The notes beneath the pieces are model-generated. The model saw only the letters and a program-made list of their open reading frames with translations. It made no database searches and was not told the origin of the DNA. The position numbers and the translations under genes are program-made. DNA of 59,113 nucleotides, the filler included, from Stramenopiles sp. TOSAG23-3 (lineage: Eukaryota): the NCBI GenBank assembly GCA_900128585.1. It is 6 parts of 6 records of this genome, joined end to end, with 100 filler letters (N's around TTAATTAATTAA, not from the genome) between each part and the next. Parts side by side here need not be neighbours in the genome. Positions count along the whole stretch, not along the records: positions 17,765 to 35,425 come from LT642444.1; 5 more parts are not named here. One strand, written 5' to 3'. The stretch's first letter is position 1, and each line of letters starts with the position of its first letter. Positions 23,100-34,135 of this stretch are shown piece after piece.

Positions 23100-25871
23100 T
23101 CAGGCCTTCTGGGCCTGCCGTTTTCTTGCCTGTTTCATGCGCACTTTACGCTGCAGAGACTTCACCAGGTCCAACTCTTTCTGGTGGTGCTCCACCAATC
23201 GGAAAAGCATGAGAGACTTTCGCGTGATCATCCCGCAGACATTCCCGTTCCTAGCAACCACCACCATGTGCCGCAGACCCAATTTGCGAAATATATCGTA
23301 GGCCCGCGCCACGGTTGTATGGGGGAAAACAGTGATCGGGGACCGGTCTGCGTATTTCATGACGTTGACCGTCCGTTTGTCGGCGCCGCAGAGTAGATCT
23401 TTGGACAATTCGGGGCGTTCTAGCTCTTTTAATATGCGGAACAAGTCAACCCGCGTCAGTAAACCCTGTAATTGAGGTGAGTGGGGTTCCTTTACAACGG
23501 GGAAGGCGTTGTGTGTGACTTTCCCCGACTCTATGCGAGACGCCAAGTACTTCAGCTCGCCAATGTGGCTTTTCTCGTGCAGTACAACAGCACGGTCCTT
23601 TACAATGTCGCGAACACGAGAGACGTACATGATTGGAGCCGGCGTAGCGTTTAAAAATGGAATGTTCATGAGCGGAATCAACCCATGGTAAAGCCCGTGG
23701 TTGAAGAGGTTTCCAATAAGCATAGAGCATACGCACGTAATGCCCACGGGGGCTATCATGCCGGCGTCTGCGGTCAACTCCAGAATTACCGTTGCAAGCA
23801 TGAGCGTTATGCGACCGCTTCCGCCCATAAACGCTGCCATCCCTACCACGGCAAATGTACCCGGGTCGGGCATGCTGCAGTCTCGTATCATCCACCGGTA
23901 AATGGTAGACCAGAAGTACACGTCCGATGGGTCGCCTGTGATCGATTGGTAGTCGGTGCAGTACATCTTCTTCACATCGAGGGCGACTAGGCCCGTTAGG
24001 CGCCCGTAACTCCCTCCAATCAAGAGCATCGGGACAACCAGGCCGGCGGGCACGCTTGTGCCAGCCGTTAGGGCCGCCAACACGAAATACACCCCAAAAA
24101 ATATAAAGAGCGTGCTCTTTGAGATCATGTGCGGAAAACCACGTTGCATGAGCACCTTGACGCCTTTCACCCCCCCATTGAGCCAAAGCATTGCCATGTC
24201 GTTGTATTCGTGGTCCTTGTTACAGTTGTAGGAGTGGTTGTAATGAAGGACCGTGAACTCACTCAATCTATCAAGCATGACCACGTCATGCTCGGGGTCA
24301 TTGTGAGAGCTTTCCACTCGGTACGCTTTCAGCTTTTCCAACAAATCAAAAGCAGTCCCGTTCGTTTTCTGCGAATAGCTGATGGATTCTTCTATGATCT
24401 GCGTGATGTAATCGTGGGAGACTGTGCCATGGCTTATTTGGTAAATGTCGGACGGCGCCAAACAGCCAGCACTGTCCTTTAGGACCAAGTTCCGCGATGC
24501 GAACTTGCACTCTGCCACCTTCGGAAGAAAGACCACCGCAGTCCCAGTCGCCAACGTCAACAACGCCACCTCTATGACACGTTTCCATGCACTTTTGTTG
24601 ACATGAGTGGTCCGAAAGCGGTTGCATCGTTCCACGATGTAATTAAACAAGGCACCGATCAACCCCCCAATGACAGCCACGACAATATAAAATATCATGT
24701 TGATGGGGCTGTCCAGGTTGCAGAAGAAGCCCGTCGTTTGTTGGAATTTGCTCAACGCAGCATCCTCCCCGGTGGTCTTCACGCCAATTGTCCACTGGCA
24801 CCAGTAGGCTGCCAAGCAAGCAAAAAATGTAAATTCCAAATGTTTCGTAGTGAAAAACGAGGCAGCCTCCTCGACAACGAAGAGAGTCCCGGCCAGCGGC
24901 GCCCGGAATGCAGTGCAAATTCCGCACGCAGCCCCAGTCGCCAGAAAGTCCCGTTGCTCGCCCATGGTAGCATGCATGGAGTGGCCAGGTGACAGTTTTC
25001 GCTCGATGGCTTGAACCACTTTCGCTGTCCACATGGCGACCAGCGCCGAAATGTGGATGATTGGGCCTTCTGGGCCAATGGCCAGCCCAGACGGTATAGA
25101 GGCAACCATCCCTACTATCTTTGCGGACATGGTTTCCAACGAAATGAAACTCGTGCTTTTTCCCGTCAGCGGGGATTTCCCGCCAAGTGGATCGACACCG
25201 TTCAAGTACGCAATAAGCCCCGGTATCCCACTGGAAGCTGCCGCGGGCTCAAACAGTACAACGAAGGTTGCTACCAGCGTCATTCCCAAGCTGCTACCTA
25301 CCCATATCAGCCACGCTCCGGACACGTTGTCGTTCGCCAAGGCGTATCCCGTATGCTTCACCCGAGTCTTTTCAATGAAACCACACAGCTGCAGTATAAG
25401 GGTGATCAGCAACGACACCGTAACCCCAATGGTGGCGTACAACAGCCACAAAAACGCGCGCCGTCGGCCCCACTTTTTCTTTGTCATTCGCATGTACCAA
25501 CGCTCCTCCTCTACCGTATCGGGGGTAATGTAACTAGTGCTCTCAAAGCTCATATATTTGTCCAGGTCGTGCGGTTTGCTGCCCCCGACCATGCGCCCGC
25601 CGATTTGGGTCTCTCGCATGTACGGGCTTCGGTGGAAGTGCAGCCCCGTGATTTTTTCCATGATTTCCTCGGCATCTTCAATCCTGGATTCGATTTGCTC
25701 CACTTCCAATGAAACCTTCTGTGCTAAATTTTCAGAGTAAGGCACCACCTTGCTGGATGACGACACTTTCCGTTCCTCCAACAGTTTTTCGGCTGCTTCA
25801 TGGGCATCTGCATCCTTGTGATCATCCCAGGCCCTCAGCTTTGACAGATCTTCCTCGTCGCCATTCTTCAT
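23100..25871 (-). CDS. CLC-family chloride/proton transporter with C-terminal CBS pair
   Basis: SSGIP, GPEGPIIH, AFRAPLAGTLFVVEE, GLVVP motifs and CBS domains (HNAFPVV; FRKLGLRHMVVV). Confidence 0.93.
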   Translation of the reverse strand: MKNGDEEDLSKLRAWDDHKDADAHEAAEKLLEERKVSSSSKVVPYSENLAQKVSLEVEQIESRIEDAEEIMEKITGLHFHRSPYMRETQIGGRMVGGSKPHDLDKYMSFESTSYITPDTVEEERWYMRMTKKKWGRRRAFLWLLYATIGVTVSLLITLILQLCGFIEKTRVKHTGYALANDNVSGAWLIWVGSSLGMTLVATFVVLFEPAAASSGIPGLIAYLNGVDPLGGKSPLTGKSTSFISLETMSAKIVGMVASIPSGLAIGPEGPIIHISALVAMWTAKVVQAIERKLSPGHSMHATMGEQRDFLATGAACGICTAFRAPLAGTLFVVEEAASFFTTKHLEFTFFACLAAYWCQWTIGVKTTGEDAALSKFQQTTGFFCNLDSPINMIFYIVVAVIGGLIGALFNYIVERCNRFRTTHVNKSAWKRVIEVALLTLATGTAVVFLPKVAECKFASRNLVLKDSAGCLAPSDIYQISHGTVSHDYITQIIEESISYSQKTNGTAFDLLEKLKAYRVESSHNDPEHDVVMLDRLSEFTVLHYNHSYNCNKDHEYNDMAMLWLNGGVKGVKVLMQRGFPHMISKSTLFIFFGVYFVLAALTAGTSVPAGLVVPMLLIGGSYGRLTGLVALDVKKMYCTDYQSITGDPSDVYFWSTIYRWMIRDCSMPDPGTFAVVGMAAFMGGSGRITLMLATVILELTADAGMIAPVGITCVCSMLIGNLFNHGLYHGLIPLMNIPFLNATPAPIMYVSRVRDIVKDRAVVLHEKSHIGELKYLASRIESGKVTHNAFPVVKEPHSPQLQGLLTRVDLFRILKELERPELSKDLLCGADKRTVNVMKYADRSPITVFPHTTVARAYDIFRKLGLRHMVVVARNGNVCGMITRKSLMLFRLVEHHQKELDLVKSLQRKVRMKQARKRQAQKA

Positions 25872-26253
25872 GATGATGGATTCTATGGGCTATATGTAAA
25901 GGCAATGTATTCGTCACAAAACCAACGTATAAGAAACCAACGTTGGCACACAAAACAGCAGAATTGCATACACTCCTCAGAGACATGTCCTCCCCTATCA
26001 GTAGACTTCCATGCTTTCCTGTTTCCTTCATTTGTAATGTAAACTTCAGTTACTTCTCATAACAAATGGCCTCGTCTGCTGCTTTTTTTTTTGTATTTCG
26101 TTGAGAATCTCGGTGATGTGATACGTATTTATTCCAATTGTTGTTTTCGTAACACATAGGATTTAGATGATCGAAAGGAAGAATTTTAAATTAATTAGTC
26201 AAGGGGAACGAACTTGTTTTTCCTTGCGACGGACGTGGCAACAGTTGAGAACC

Positions 26254-26718
26254 ATGGGGGACGCCGCTTTGGGGGCGTTTATAATTGTCGTTAGTGTATT
26301 GTGCTACACGTACTACTCCGTTTGGATTTTGATGACACCGTGGTTGGAAACGTCCCCTGATTTGGCATCATGGTTGGAATATTTTCCGGATCGGTACTAC
26401 GCGTTGGCATTGCCCGCTCTTTTATTGGTCTTTGTCTTGACGTGTGCGATTACGTTTATTGGTAGTGTGCTGTCCAGCGCTGGTCTTCGCCCGCACTACT
26501 TGCAGTCTCCGTCCGGCAACCGCGACATAGGCGGCGCCCGGCGAATGCACCTTTCTCCTAAGCGGGACACGCCGGTTTCGATGTCAAAGAGTTCCCGTAG
26601 CGAGGGAAAACCGTCCACGTCTTGCATTTTTGATACCATAAATAGCGAGAAAGAGGTTGTCGGCACGCCCGACGTGCGAACAAGAGGGGCACATCGGAGG
26701 GTGAAAACCGTATCCTGA
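26254..26718 (+). CDS. DPM2: Dolichol-phosphate mannosyltransferase regulatory subunit DPM2-like, with C-terminal extension
   Basis: Two TM helices with YTYYSVWILMTPW..YFPDRYYALALP; ATG at 26254 preferred. Confidence 0.75.
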   Translation: MGDAALGAFIIVVSVLCYTYYSVWILMTPWLETSPDLASWLEYFPDRYYALALPALLLVFVLTCAITFIGSVLSSAGLRPHYLQSPSGNRDIGGARRMHLSPKRDTPVSMSKSSRSEGKPSTSCIFDTINSEKEVVGTPDVRTRGAHRRVKTVS

Positions 26719-27003
26719 GAGTCCGTTGGCATTGTCGCCGCCGTGCTGCACGACAGGATTGAAGGGGGAGAGAAAGTAGAGAGGGACCGGTTTTGAAAGC
26801 GCGCAAAGCGTAGTGCGTTTGTACATATTTATTTTCAAGACATGTCATTTCGATATTTATCTAAAGTTGTACGAGTACGACGTACGAACTTATGACTAAA
26901 TCTTACTAATGAAATTTCCAAGCAACTAGGATACTTACCATTTATATAAAATACGAAATCTCTTCTCCAGTCTAAAGTTGTCAAGTTGTCGTTTTCAAAC
27001 ACT

Positions 27004-27861
27004 CTACCTTACTCCAGTTCGTGCTTCCATACCAAAGCGGTCGTGGTGGCCTTTCACATCCCACCCGCCAATGCGTTCCCATCCATTTTCACGGACAACG
27101 TACACTTGGTTGATTCCTCCACTGTATGCATCACGGTAGGTCGCATGGTAAATCGCTTTTTGTCCCAGTTCAATGGCTTCCGCCTCCGTCATGTCCCACT
27201 TGTAACCGCTATCCAAGACCCCATAAGCATACGTGCTACCACTTCCAACGCTAAAATACGGGCGGCCATCGCCCTTCTCCCCTTTAATGGCATGAAGCCG
27301 GGTCGCATCGTTATCGACATAGTAAAGTTGTGGGCCGCTTTTGTCCCACCCAGCGACCATGGTTCCCATGGAGAGCCCATAGCCACGGTACGAGTACATA
27401 GTGTTGCACAAGAGCTTGGAGGCGGCGGCAACAGAAATGCGCTCCTTTTCCCTGAGCTCGTGAAGGCGGCATTGGATGCCTAGGTTTCGCTCCCAGAATT
27501 GGCAGTCAGCAGCACCACCGGCCATGGTCCCCAAAAGAAACGGGTTGATCTCGATGATCTTTTTCACCGTTTGCGAACCAACGTAGGACCCTTGTGAGGC
27601 ACGCGAGTCGACCGACACAACGACACCACCTTTGAAAACGAACGCGAGCGTGGTGGTACCTTTGTCGAGTTTGATCGGTTCGCCTTTGTCCTCGTATCGC
27701 CCAGACACGAGCGCACGCGACAGTGCAGCTGGATCTGCGCCGCACGGTAATGCAAAGTTACGGTCCTGGTACAAATCTGGAGAAGTCCGTGGGGCGTTTG
27801 ACATGGTGTTGCCGTACAGCTGGTCATCGTCGTACATGAAGTCGAGGGAAAGCGAAGCCAT
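27004..27861 (-). CDS. PSMB5: 20S proteasome subunit beta-5
   Basis: Propeptide then [45 protein letters not shown] at 27861. Confidence 0.96.
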   Translation of the reverse strand: MASLSLDFMYDDDQLYGNTMSNAPRTSPDLYQDRNFALPCGADPAALSRALVSGRYEDKGEPIKLDKGTTTLAFVFKGGVVVSVDSRASQGSYVGSQTVKKIIEINPFLLGTMAGGAADCQFWERNLGIQCRLHELREKERISVAAASKLLCNTMYSYRGYGLSMGTMVAGWDKSGPQLYYVDNDATRLHAIKGEKGDGRPYFSVGSGSTYAYGVLDSGYKWDMTEAEAIELGQKAIYHATYRDAYSGGINQVYVVRENGWERIGGWDVKGHHDRFGMEARTGVR

Positions 27862-29507
27862 GGTGGAAAGTTGTAAAAGGTATACAAAATGCAAAGTATT
27901 CGTATGGAAAAAGTTAAACCACAAGCGAATGCTTTTTTATTATTGCTTCCGTCCGTTCAAAGTATTTTGTAAATGTATACACAGACCAACTTCGTTTCCC
28001 TTTCTTTCTTACTTTCTTCGTTCGTGCATTGTTGGATGATTCTTTCTTCTTCCTTCCCCCTACTACTTGTATACTTTTGTGTTATAATAATATTTATTTA
28101 TTTATTATTATTATTATTGATTTTTGATTTATTATTTTTATAAGAAGATGAATTGAGAAACTATCTTTTTCTATGTTTAAGGTATCTATTTACATGGGAA
28201 TACAATTTGTTAACTACTTGTTTGTCGCTTTATTCATATAAACTATACATATTTATGTGATCCTCGATTAAAAAACCCTTAATTAGAAAAGTGGTTTGAT
28301 TGATTTGCTTCATATCATCATTTGTATCTAGTATTAACATCGAAATAGCATTGAGTGAGGAACTTGGAAGTATATTTTTTGAATTTTTCTTCTTCTTTCT
28401 AAATAAATCGTACTTGTATATTATATATACCTATCATACTATACATATTGTGTTATGAAAAAATGGAATTCCCTTCTATTACTATATTGTTTAAAATTTA
28501 AGAACATTTTGGAACGAAGAGCCAACGTTGCCCGTACTCTGTTCATGTTATTTTATTTATCTCACTTTTTTCGATTTGGATGATGATCGATCGAGGCCTT
28601 TTATTTGTACAATGGTATTTTCTCTCTCTGAAATGAACGGAGGGAGGATAGAGTCAAAAGACAGAAAGAAGTAAAAAAAGAGTAAAGACACCACGGCAAA
28701 AAAAATAAATTAAAAAAAATACAAATTAAATAGGTAAAATTGAATACGCCACGCGACCAAACAAAGAGGAACAACCTCTTCAAAGCATTTTTAAACCACC
28801 ACCTACCTCTCCTTCTGTGTTCTTTATGATGTGATGAGGAGTTGTTATTTCCTATTAAATAATTTTCTTTAACGATGTAGTCCTCGTAGCTAATGGTGAG
28901 TGTATATTAATATATACATTTATTATAAGTACTACAATGGTATTCTAAAATCAATTTTACAGACTTTCTTTTCTTCTTTCTTCCAACTTTAAATAAAATA
29001 GCCGTAATTAATTATAATAAATACGAATAATTAAGACATCTAATACCATAGGGCCAATAATATACTTTATTAAACTTAACGAAATTTTCATAATCTAATT
29101 CGACGTTAATTGTATATATTAATAAACCATACATACAAATAGCAAGGGCGTTGATTAATTATTTTCGTTTAAATAATTTCTAGATCATTTCCTTCCTTTG
29201 ATGATTAAGGAGATATATGTATACATAGACAGGAAAACTTCATCTTGTATTACTAAGATGTATGGAGAATAATATCCCGTGGTTCCTTACTTTAGTGGAT
29301 TATTATCCTCCAATTATTAATTGTTTTCTTTGAGAGTTTACGAAAGAGAAAGTATAAAATTTAAGTAAACATAGTCGTGTTCTGAAAAGAAACGAGAAGG
29401 AATCGAAAAGTTAATCGGATGGGGGAAACATTTTATCCAACGAAAGAGAATCACGAGCATTTGTATTCATATTTATACCGTACGAAACCGTACATTCAAG
29501 AAACATC

Positions 29508-32500
29508 ATGAACGCTCTACGAATCGTATCTGTGTGCCTTTGGGTACTGGCGTCTGTTCACACAATAACAGGCGCCGCAACTACTGAGAAAATGCTCATC
29601 CAGAAGAAAGCATACGCTGGGTACTGTAACCGCAACAACAACCAAGCGGATTCAACCCAATACAGCCCTGACGGGGTTGGGTATATGAACACATTTTATC
29701 CTCTCACAGGCCAGGAAAACTCCCCCGCGGAGCGGCTAAAATGCCACGAACACTGCATCAGTACGTATAACGACAAGTTTTACCAAATCTTAGTGTACAC
29801 AAGCGGTACACATGAAGGAAAGTGTTACTGCTCCATCCCCTTTTCAAGCAATTGCGACTCGAACATGGCCGATGAGACAGCTTCGGAAACCTGGGTCTTC
29901 GTTGACGCGTACCGTGTTGTTCAGAGCGACAGAACGAAACCCTTAAACGCCAAACCGTTCAATCCCCCGGGTATCGGGCAGGATTTTAAAGTAGGGGTCA
30001 GTGTCGAAGAGCAAGACAGTGAGTTGGGCGGTGGAGAGCCATTTGGTTATGGCAAGCCGTCCATTTCAAATGTTAATTTAGACGTAATCAACACTGATGG
30101 ATCTGCGCAGATAAGCCTGTCGGGGGAAAATTTTGGACTCAATGTGAAATCTGGTTTTGGGGACCCTGCAAGGTCTGTATACTACAAATTTGTTTACGCC
30201 AGCCAGAACACTCTACCTCCACAACTCAACGATTACACATTATTAAAAGGGGTAAGTGTAAGCTCGACAACATTGGCATTCACCGCTCCCCCCCTGAATG
30301 AATTACCAAATGGGGCTAATGTTCCATCTAACACGGCAATCGAATTAGTGTTGGGGGTTACGGTCCAACCTTTATTGGGGCAGATGAGAATGTTCGACGC
30401 CAATGGCACCAAACGGATCGCGTACGGCAGTCCAAAGATAGACGCCTTGAGCAAAGTTGATAGCGGAAACGAAGGAGCGATCATCACTTTAAAAGGTTCA
30501 AACTTTGGAACATCGGCTGTTGGGGCACTTGAGGTAACCGATACGATAAGCAATACACTGGTAACGCCATCCATTGAAACTTGGTCCCATAATGAGATTC
30601 GGTTTAAGACTATTGTAGTTAATGGCAAAGTGAAACTTACCGTTGGCAAAATTTCTCCCGCCGAAAAAGCATGGAGTGGAGGATCCGTGGTGTTTGGCAC
30701 CATGGTCAACTCAATGAAACCCGATGAACCTGTGATAATTCCTACTAATGGTTTGTCCAGAGACTTATCGAACGGCGGCGTATTTAGAATACTCGAGTGT
30801 AAAGTGAATGGGCCAACGAAAGCCGATGTCAAAGTCGTATTTACATCGTCCGGGCAAGGTGCTGTAATTTCATACACAGCGCAATACTGCAATATCACCG
30901 AAACAACGGGCGATGAAAGTTCAATCAAATGTTTGACCCCAGCTGGAGTTGGAGAGGGCATGAGGGTATCTATTAACGTGGGGGGGCAGCTATCGCTAGA
31001 GACAAAAGAGTTTGATTACGGGAGACCATACGTTAGCAACTTTCGCGACCCTAACACACAGGAGGTTATACCACACCTCGCTACGCAGGGAAATGCCTCT
31101 ATACTTATAGCTGGTGGAAATTTCGGCGCAAACGTTAAAAAAGGGTTCGGCACGCCTGCAAGATCCGTTTACTACACCACTGTATACGGCGAAACAACTC
31201 AAACGCCTGTTTTCAATATTCAAACGTATAAGCGTGATTCAAGCGTAGAGGTAGATGTTAATACAGGCAGTCTACTATTCCGCGCCCCTCCCTTAGACCA
31301 GTTGCCCCCGGGGAAGGCTGGAACGCATTCGATATACTTGGTTGTGGGAGTAGCAATCCAGCCTGTAGGGGGGCAGCAAATCCTAGCGAAAAAGTTCCTT
31401 GCCTTTACCATTATTTTTGTCCTTTATGTTTGTGTAAGCGCAACAGTGAATCAGCAACGGAGGCTGGCGCATGCCATGGAGCAGCGATTCGTTGAACCTG
31501 CATTTGCACCGAGTTCATCCGACGGGTTTGGATTGTTGAAGTTCCAAGACATACGGAATTTTGAAGACATGTGGGCCTGGACGGACCAAATTTTACTCCC
31601 TGGCATTTACGACGAGACAATGAACTCTTTAGATAACAACAATGGAGACCCATTTGACGACCAAGTTGTTATCGACGATGCTAGCAATATACTGTTCGGG
31701 ATCCGTTTCCGACAGGTACGAATGTCCAGAGCCAAGACGGGATGCGATATACCCTTAAAAATCGTCAAGTCCGGTATTACGGGGGGGAAAACGTCCTGTG
31801 TGGCCGAATACTCCCAGGAATTCGTTGACCGGGCCATGTTCGGTGTGCCGACGGTTTCTTCCTCCTTGCGGTTTGACGGGTCGCAAACCAACCAAACGAT
31901 ATACCCATACAAATGGTTCCCTTCTTCCGATACCCAGGAGCCAGAGTACCGCGGCGCATTACAGAGCTACTATGGAGGCGGGTATGTAGTGGACATCCCC
32001 TTGAACCGTTCGAAAGCCTTTGATCAAGTTAATGAGATGAGATATGGGCGGGTCAAAGGCAGCAAAAACCTTGCTACAAAGGACACAAATTTGGATGAAA
32101 TAGTGCCCAACTCCATGTTTGTGGACCCAGAAGTAACACGCGCACTATTTGCAAGTTTTGGTATGTACCATTTAGGACTGAATTTGCACATGACCTGCCA
32201 GTTCGTGTTCGAGTGGCACCCCGGAGGTCAAATGGTGCCGTCCATTCAGTTCACTGGCACGCGCTTGTTTTTCCCTTTCACGGTGCACAGAGTAATAGAG
32301 GTTGTTCTCAACGTCCTGCTGAACCTCGGGATTGGGTACTATTGGGTCCAGCTGTTGATGGATTTCCGCGCGGGGTTGACAAAGTTAACGCCATGGCACG
32401 TGTTTGACACTGCAAGCATGACTTTGTTTACTTTTTTCACCTTGTCTTCAGTCCGTTCGATTATATTTGATTATCCCGGCAGAGACCTCATTACTGCGAT

Positions 32501-32828
32501 TAACTCAAAATCGCAAGCGTACTACAGCTTGCTGCCGCACATGGACGCTGCCCGCCAAGGACAGCAATTTGTTGGTGCAAACATGGTATTATGCGCCATA
32601 CGCGGGCTTCGTTATTTGCAAGTCTTTGACTCGCTGCGTGTTATATTGAGAGCCATTACAAACACTGCAGCGGATGTAGCAAATTTTTTAGTCATGCTGC
32701 TTATTATGGTCTTTGCTTTTGCCATGGGTGGTTTTTTCATATTTGGCCCACACATTTCCGGGTTTGAAACGATTGGGGTCCACAACCAAACGTCGATGAT
32801 CCCTGGCTTCGAGCAGCACGGCCCTTAG
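29508..32828 (+). CDS. Mosaic ORF: signal peptide, Cys module and IPT/TIG-like repeats (29508-31375) fused in frame to a polycystin (TRPP) S1-TOP-S5 fragment (31376-32780); lacks pore and S6
   Basis: Repeated 'YG.P.I..I.L.G.NFG' IPT-like units are abruptly followed by KKFLAFTIIFVL..MWAW..GIRFRQVR..YYGGGYVVD (polycystin TOP domain). The channel part stops at the start of the pore helix (FETIG). Confidence 0.8.
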   Translation: MNALRIVSVCLWVLASVHTITGAATTEKMLIQKKAYAGYCNRNNNQADSTQYSPDGVGYMNTFYPLTGQENSPAERLKCHEHCISTYNDKFYQILVYTSGTHEGKCYCSIPFSSNCDSNMADETASETWVFVDAYRVVQSDRTKPLNAKPFNPPGIGQDFKVGVSVEEQDSELGGGEPFGYGKPSISNVNLDVINTDGSAQISLSGENFGLNVKSGFGDPARSVYYKFVYASQNTLPPQLNDYTLLKGVSVSSTTLAFTAPPLNELPNGANVPSNTAIELVLGVTVQPLLGQMRMFDANGTKRIAYGSPKIDALSKVDSGNEGAIITLKGSNFGTSAVGALEVTDTISNTLVTPSIETWSHNEIRFKTIVVNGKVKLTVGKISPAEKAWSGGSVVFGTMVNSMKPDEPVIIPTNGLSRDLSNGGVFRILECKVNGPTKADVKVVFTSSGQGAVISYTAQYCNITETTGDESSIKCLTPAGVGEGMRVSINVGGQLSLETKEFDYGRPYVSNFRDPNTQEVIPHLATQGNASILIAGGNFGANVKKGFGTPARSVYYTTVYGETTQTPVFNIQTYKRDSSVEVDVNTGSLLFRAPPLDQLPPGKAGTHSIYLVVGVAIQPVGGQQILAKKFLAFTIIFVLYVCVSATVNQQRRLAHAMEQRFVEPAFAPSSSDGFGLLKFQDIRNFEDMWAWTDQILLPGIYDETMNSLDNNNGDPFDDQVVIDDASNILFGIRFRQVRMSRAKTGCDIPLKIVKSGITGGKTSCVAEYSQEFVDRAMFGVPTVSSSLRFDGSQTNQTIYPYKWFPSSDTQEPEYRGALQSYYGGGYVVDIPLNRSKAFDQVNEMRYGRVKGSKNLATKDTNLDEIVPNSMFVDPEVTRALFASFGMYHLGLNLHMTCQFVFEWHPGGQMVPSIQFTGTRLFFPFTVHRVIEVVLNVLLNLGIGYYWVQLLMDFRAGLTKLTPWHVFDTASMTLFTFFTLSSVRSIIFDYPGRDLITAINSKSQAYYSLLPHMDAARQGQQFVGANMVLCAIRGLRYLQVFDSLRVILRAITNTAADVANFLVMLLIMVFAFAMGGFFIFGPHISGFETIGVHNQTSMIPGFEQHGP

Positions 32829-32897
32829 CGATCGAATTAAAACATACGGCGAATCCGCAAATTTGGTAGGGATCTCTTCACTATCCTTCGTCTCCAT
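32781..32897 (-). CDS. N-terminal 39 codons of a gene whose remainder is 34136-34888 (+)
   Basis: ATG at 32897 next to an AT-rich spacer; METKDSEEIPTKFADSPYVLIRSLRAVLLEARDHRRLVV joins in frame to TMIFAFDGQ through the shared TG. Confidence 0.6.
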
Positions 32898-33514
32898 CTT
32901 TGCATATATGTAGAAATTCAAGAATTTCCAAAGTGATAAAACTCTTCAAATTTTGAATGCCATGTAATATGAAATTTGTTACTTCCCGAGCGAAATATCT
33001 AATGAAGAAATATATGAGATAATTTATCTTGTTTTAGTAGTCCTGATTTAATAATTAATCAACACAACACAACAACAAAAAATTAAAATAATAAAATTAT
33101 AATAATAAGAACTGTATATAGTTGTATTCTTCATAGTCGTCTTCTTTACATATGATTATAATAATAATTACTTTTTTATTATTAGTAATAGTAATAATGA
33201 ATCTGATAGATTTTTTTAATGTAACTTGCAATACATTAATGCCGGTTATAGCGTACTATGCTGTCCTTGTGTTTTTGTTTTTGCTTTGTTTTGGTTGATA
33301 CGGTATCTAATTTGAATCATATGCGCGATTATGAGTAAAACAAAAAGTTTCCAAAATAGATTAAAAAAATCTATCAGATTTACTACTTACTACTACTCTA
33401 TTCATAGTAGTACGGTATATATGTCACAACACAACGAACGACGGTCCCCGGACTTATTTCGTCGTTCTCTGCTGCTGGCTGCTGGTATAATATACTGATA
33501 TAATATTTATTCTC

Positions 33515-34135
33515 CTAATTATCACCACCCCAGCCATTGGCGACCATATTAAACTTCAAATTTGTTTTCTTTTTCTTGACTGACGCTACATGAAGAGGAT
33601 TATCCGTTGCATCTGCAGCATTTATACTTTCCCGCGTTAATCCAACTTGCTGCTTCAATCTTCGTATTTCCGCGTTCATTTTCTTGTTATCCCGCATAAG
33701 TTCGGTGGCCCTGGGCTTTCCTTTCCCGTCGACATTGACATTGCAATCTGTAATGAGAAACCATTTTTCGGAATCGATGTGACCATTGGTGCTGAGAAAA
33801 ACTCGTTTAGGGTAAAGGGGACCCATAACAACATTTCCGGGCCTCCAAAACTTAATATTAGATTGCGATTTTCCCACACTAACAAAGACATTGCCAGACG
33901 CGTACTGGGTTTCGAACCTTATTTGCGTGTGTGACCATTCCATGACTGTCGCAAAATCCGTCGGGGTATTAATATTTGTATCAATTCTTCCACATGTTTG
34001 GCTGGAGCAAAAATTCTCCCCCAACAAAACTACATAAAACCGGTCGCTGGTTATCTGCTGTTTAGCAATTGAATTTATTCGCGGGGCGTCATATTTGATA
34101 CGTTTCGTCCCATTTGTACCAAACATTGCATAATG
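33515..34135 (-). CDS. Continuation and C-terminus of the IPT/TIG-repeat gene (inverted piece)
   Basis: HYAMFGTNGTKRIKYDAPRI..WSHTQIRF matches repeat-1 QMRMFDANGTKRIAYGSPKI..WSHNEIRF. It ends in a coiled-coil/NPLH tail. Confidence 0.75.
   Translation of the reverse strand, partial: HYAMFGTNGTKRIKYDAPRINSIAKQQITSDRFYVVLLGENFCSSQTCGRIDTNINTPTDFATVMEWSHTQIRFETQYASGNVFVSVGKSQSNIKFWRPGNVVMGPLYPKRVFLSTNGHIDSEKWFLITDCNVNVDGKGKPRATELMRDNKKMNAEIRRLKQQVGLTRESINAADATDNPLHVASVKKKKTNLKFNMVANGWGGDN

Noticed and set aside
26931-26940. ATACTTACC as U1 snRNA 5' end
   Set aside because: No U1 stem-loops or Sm site follow; the flanks are AT-rich 3' spacer.
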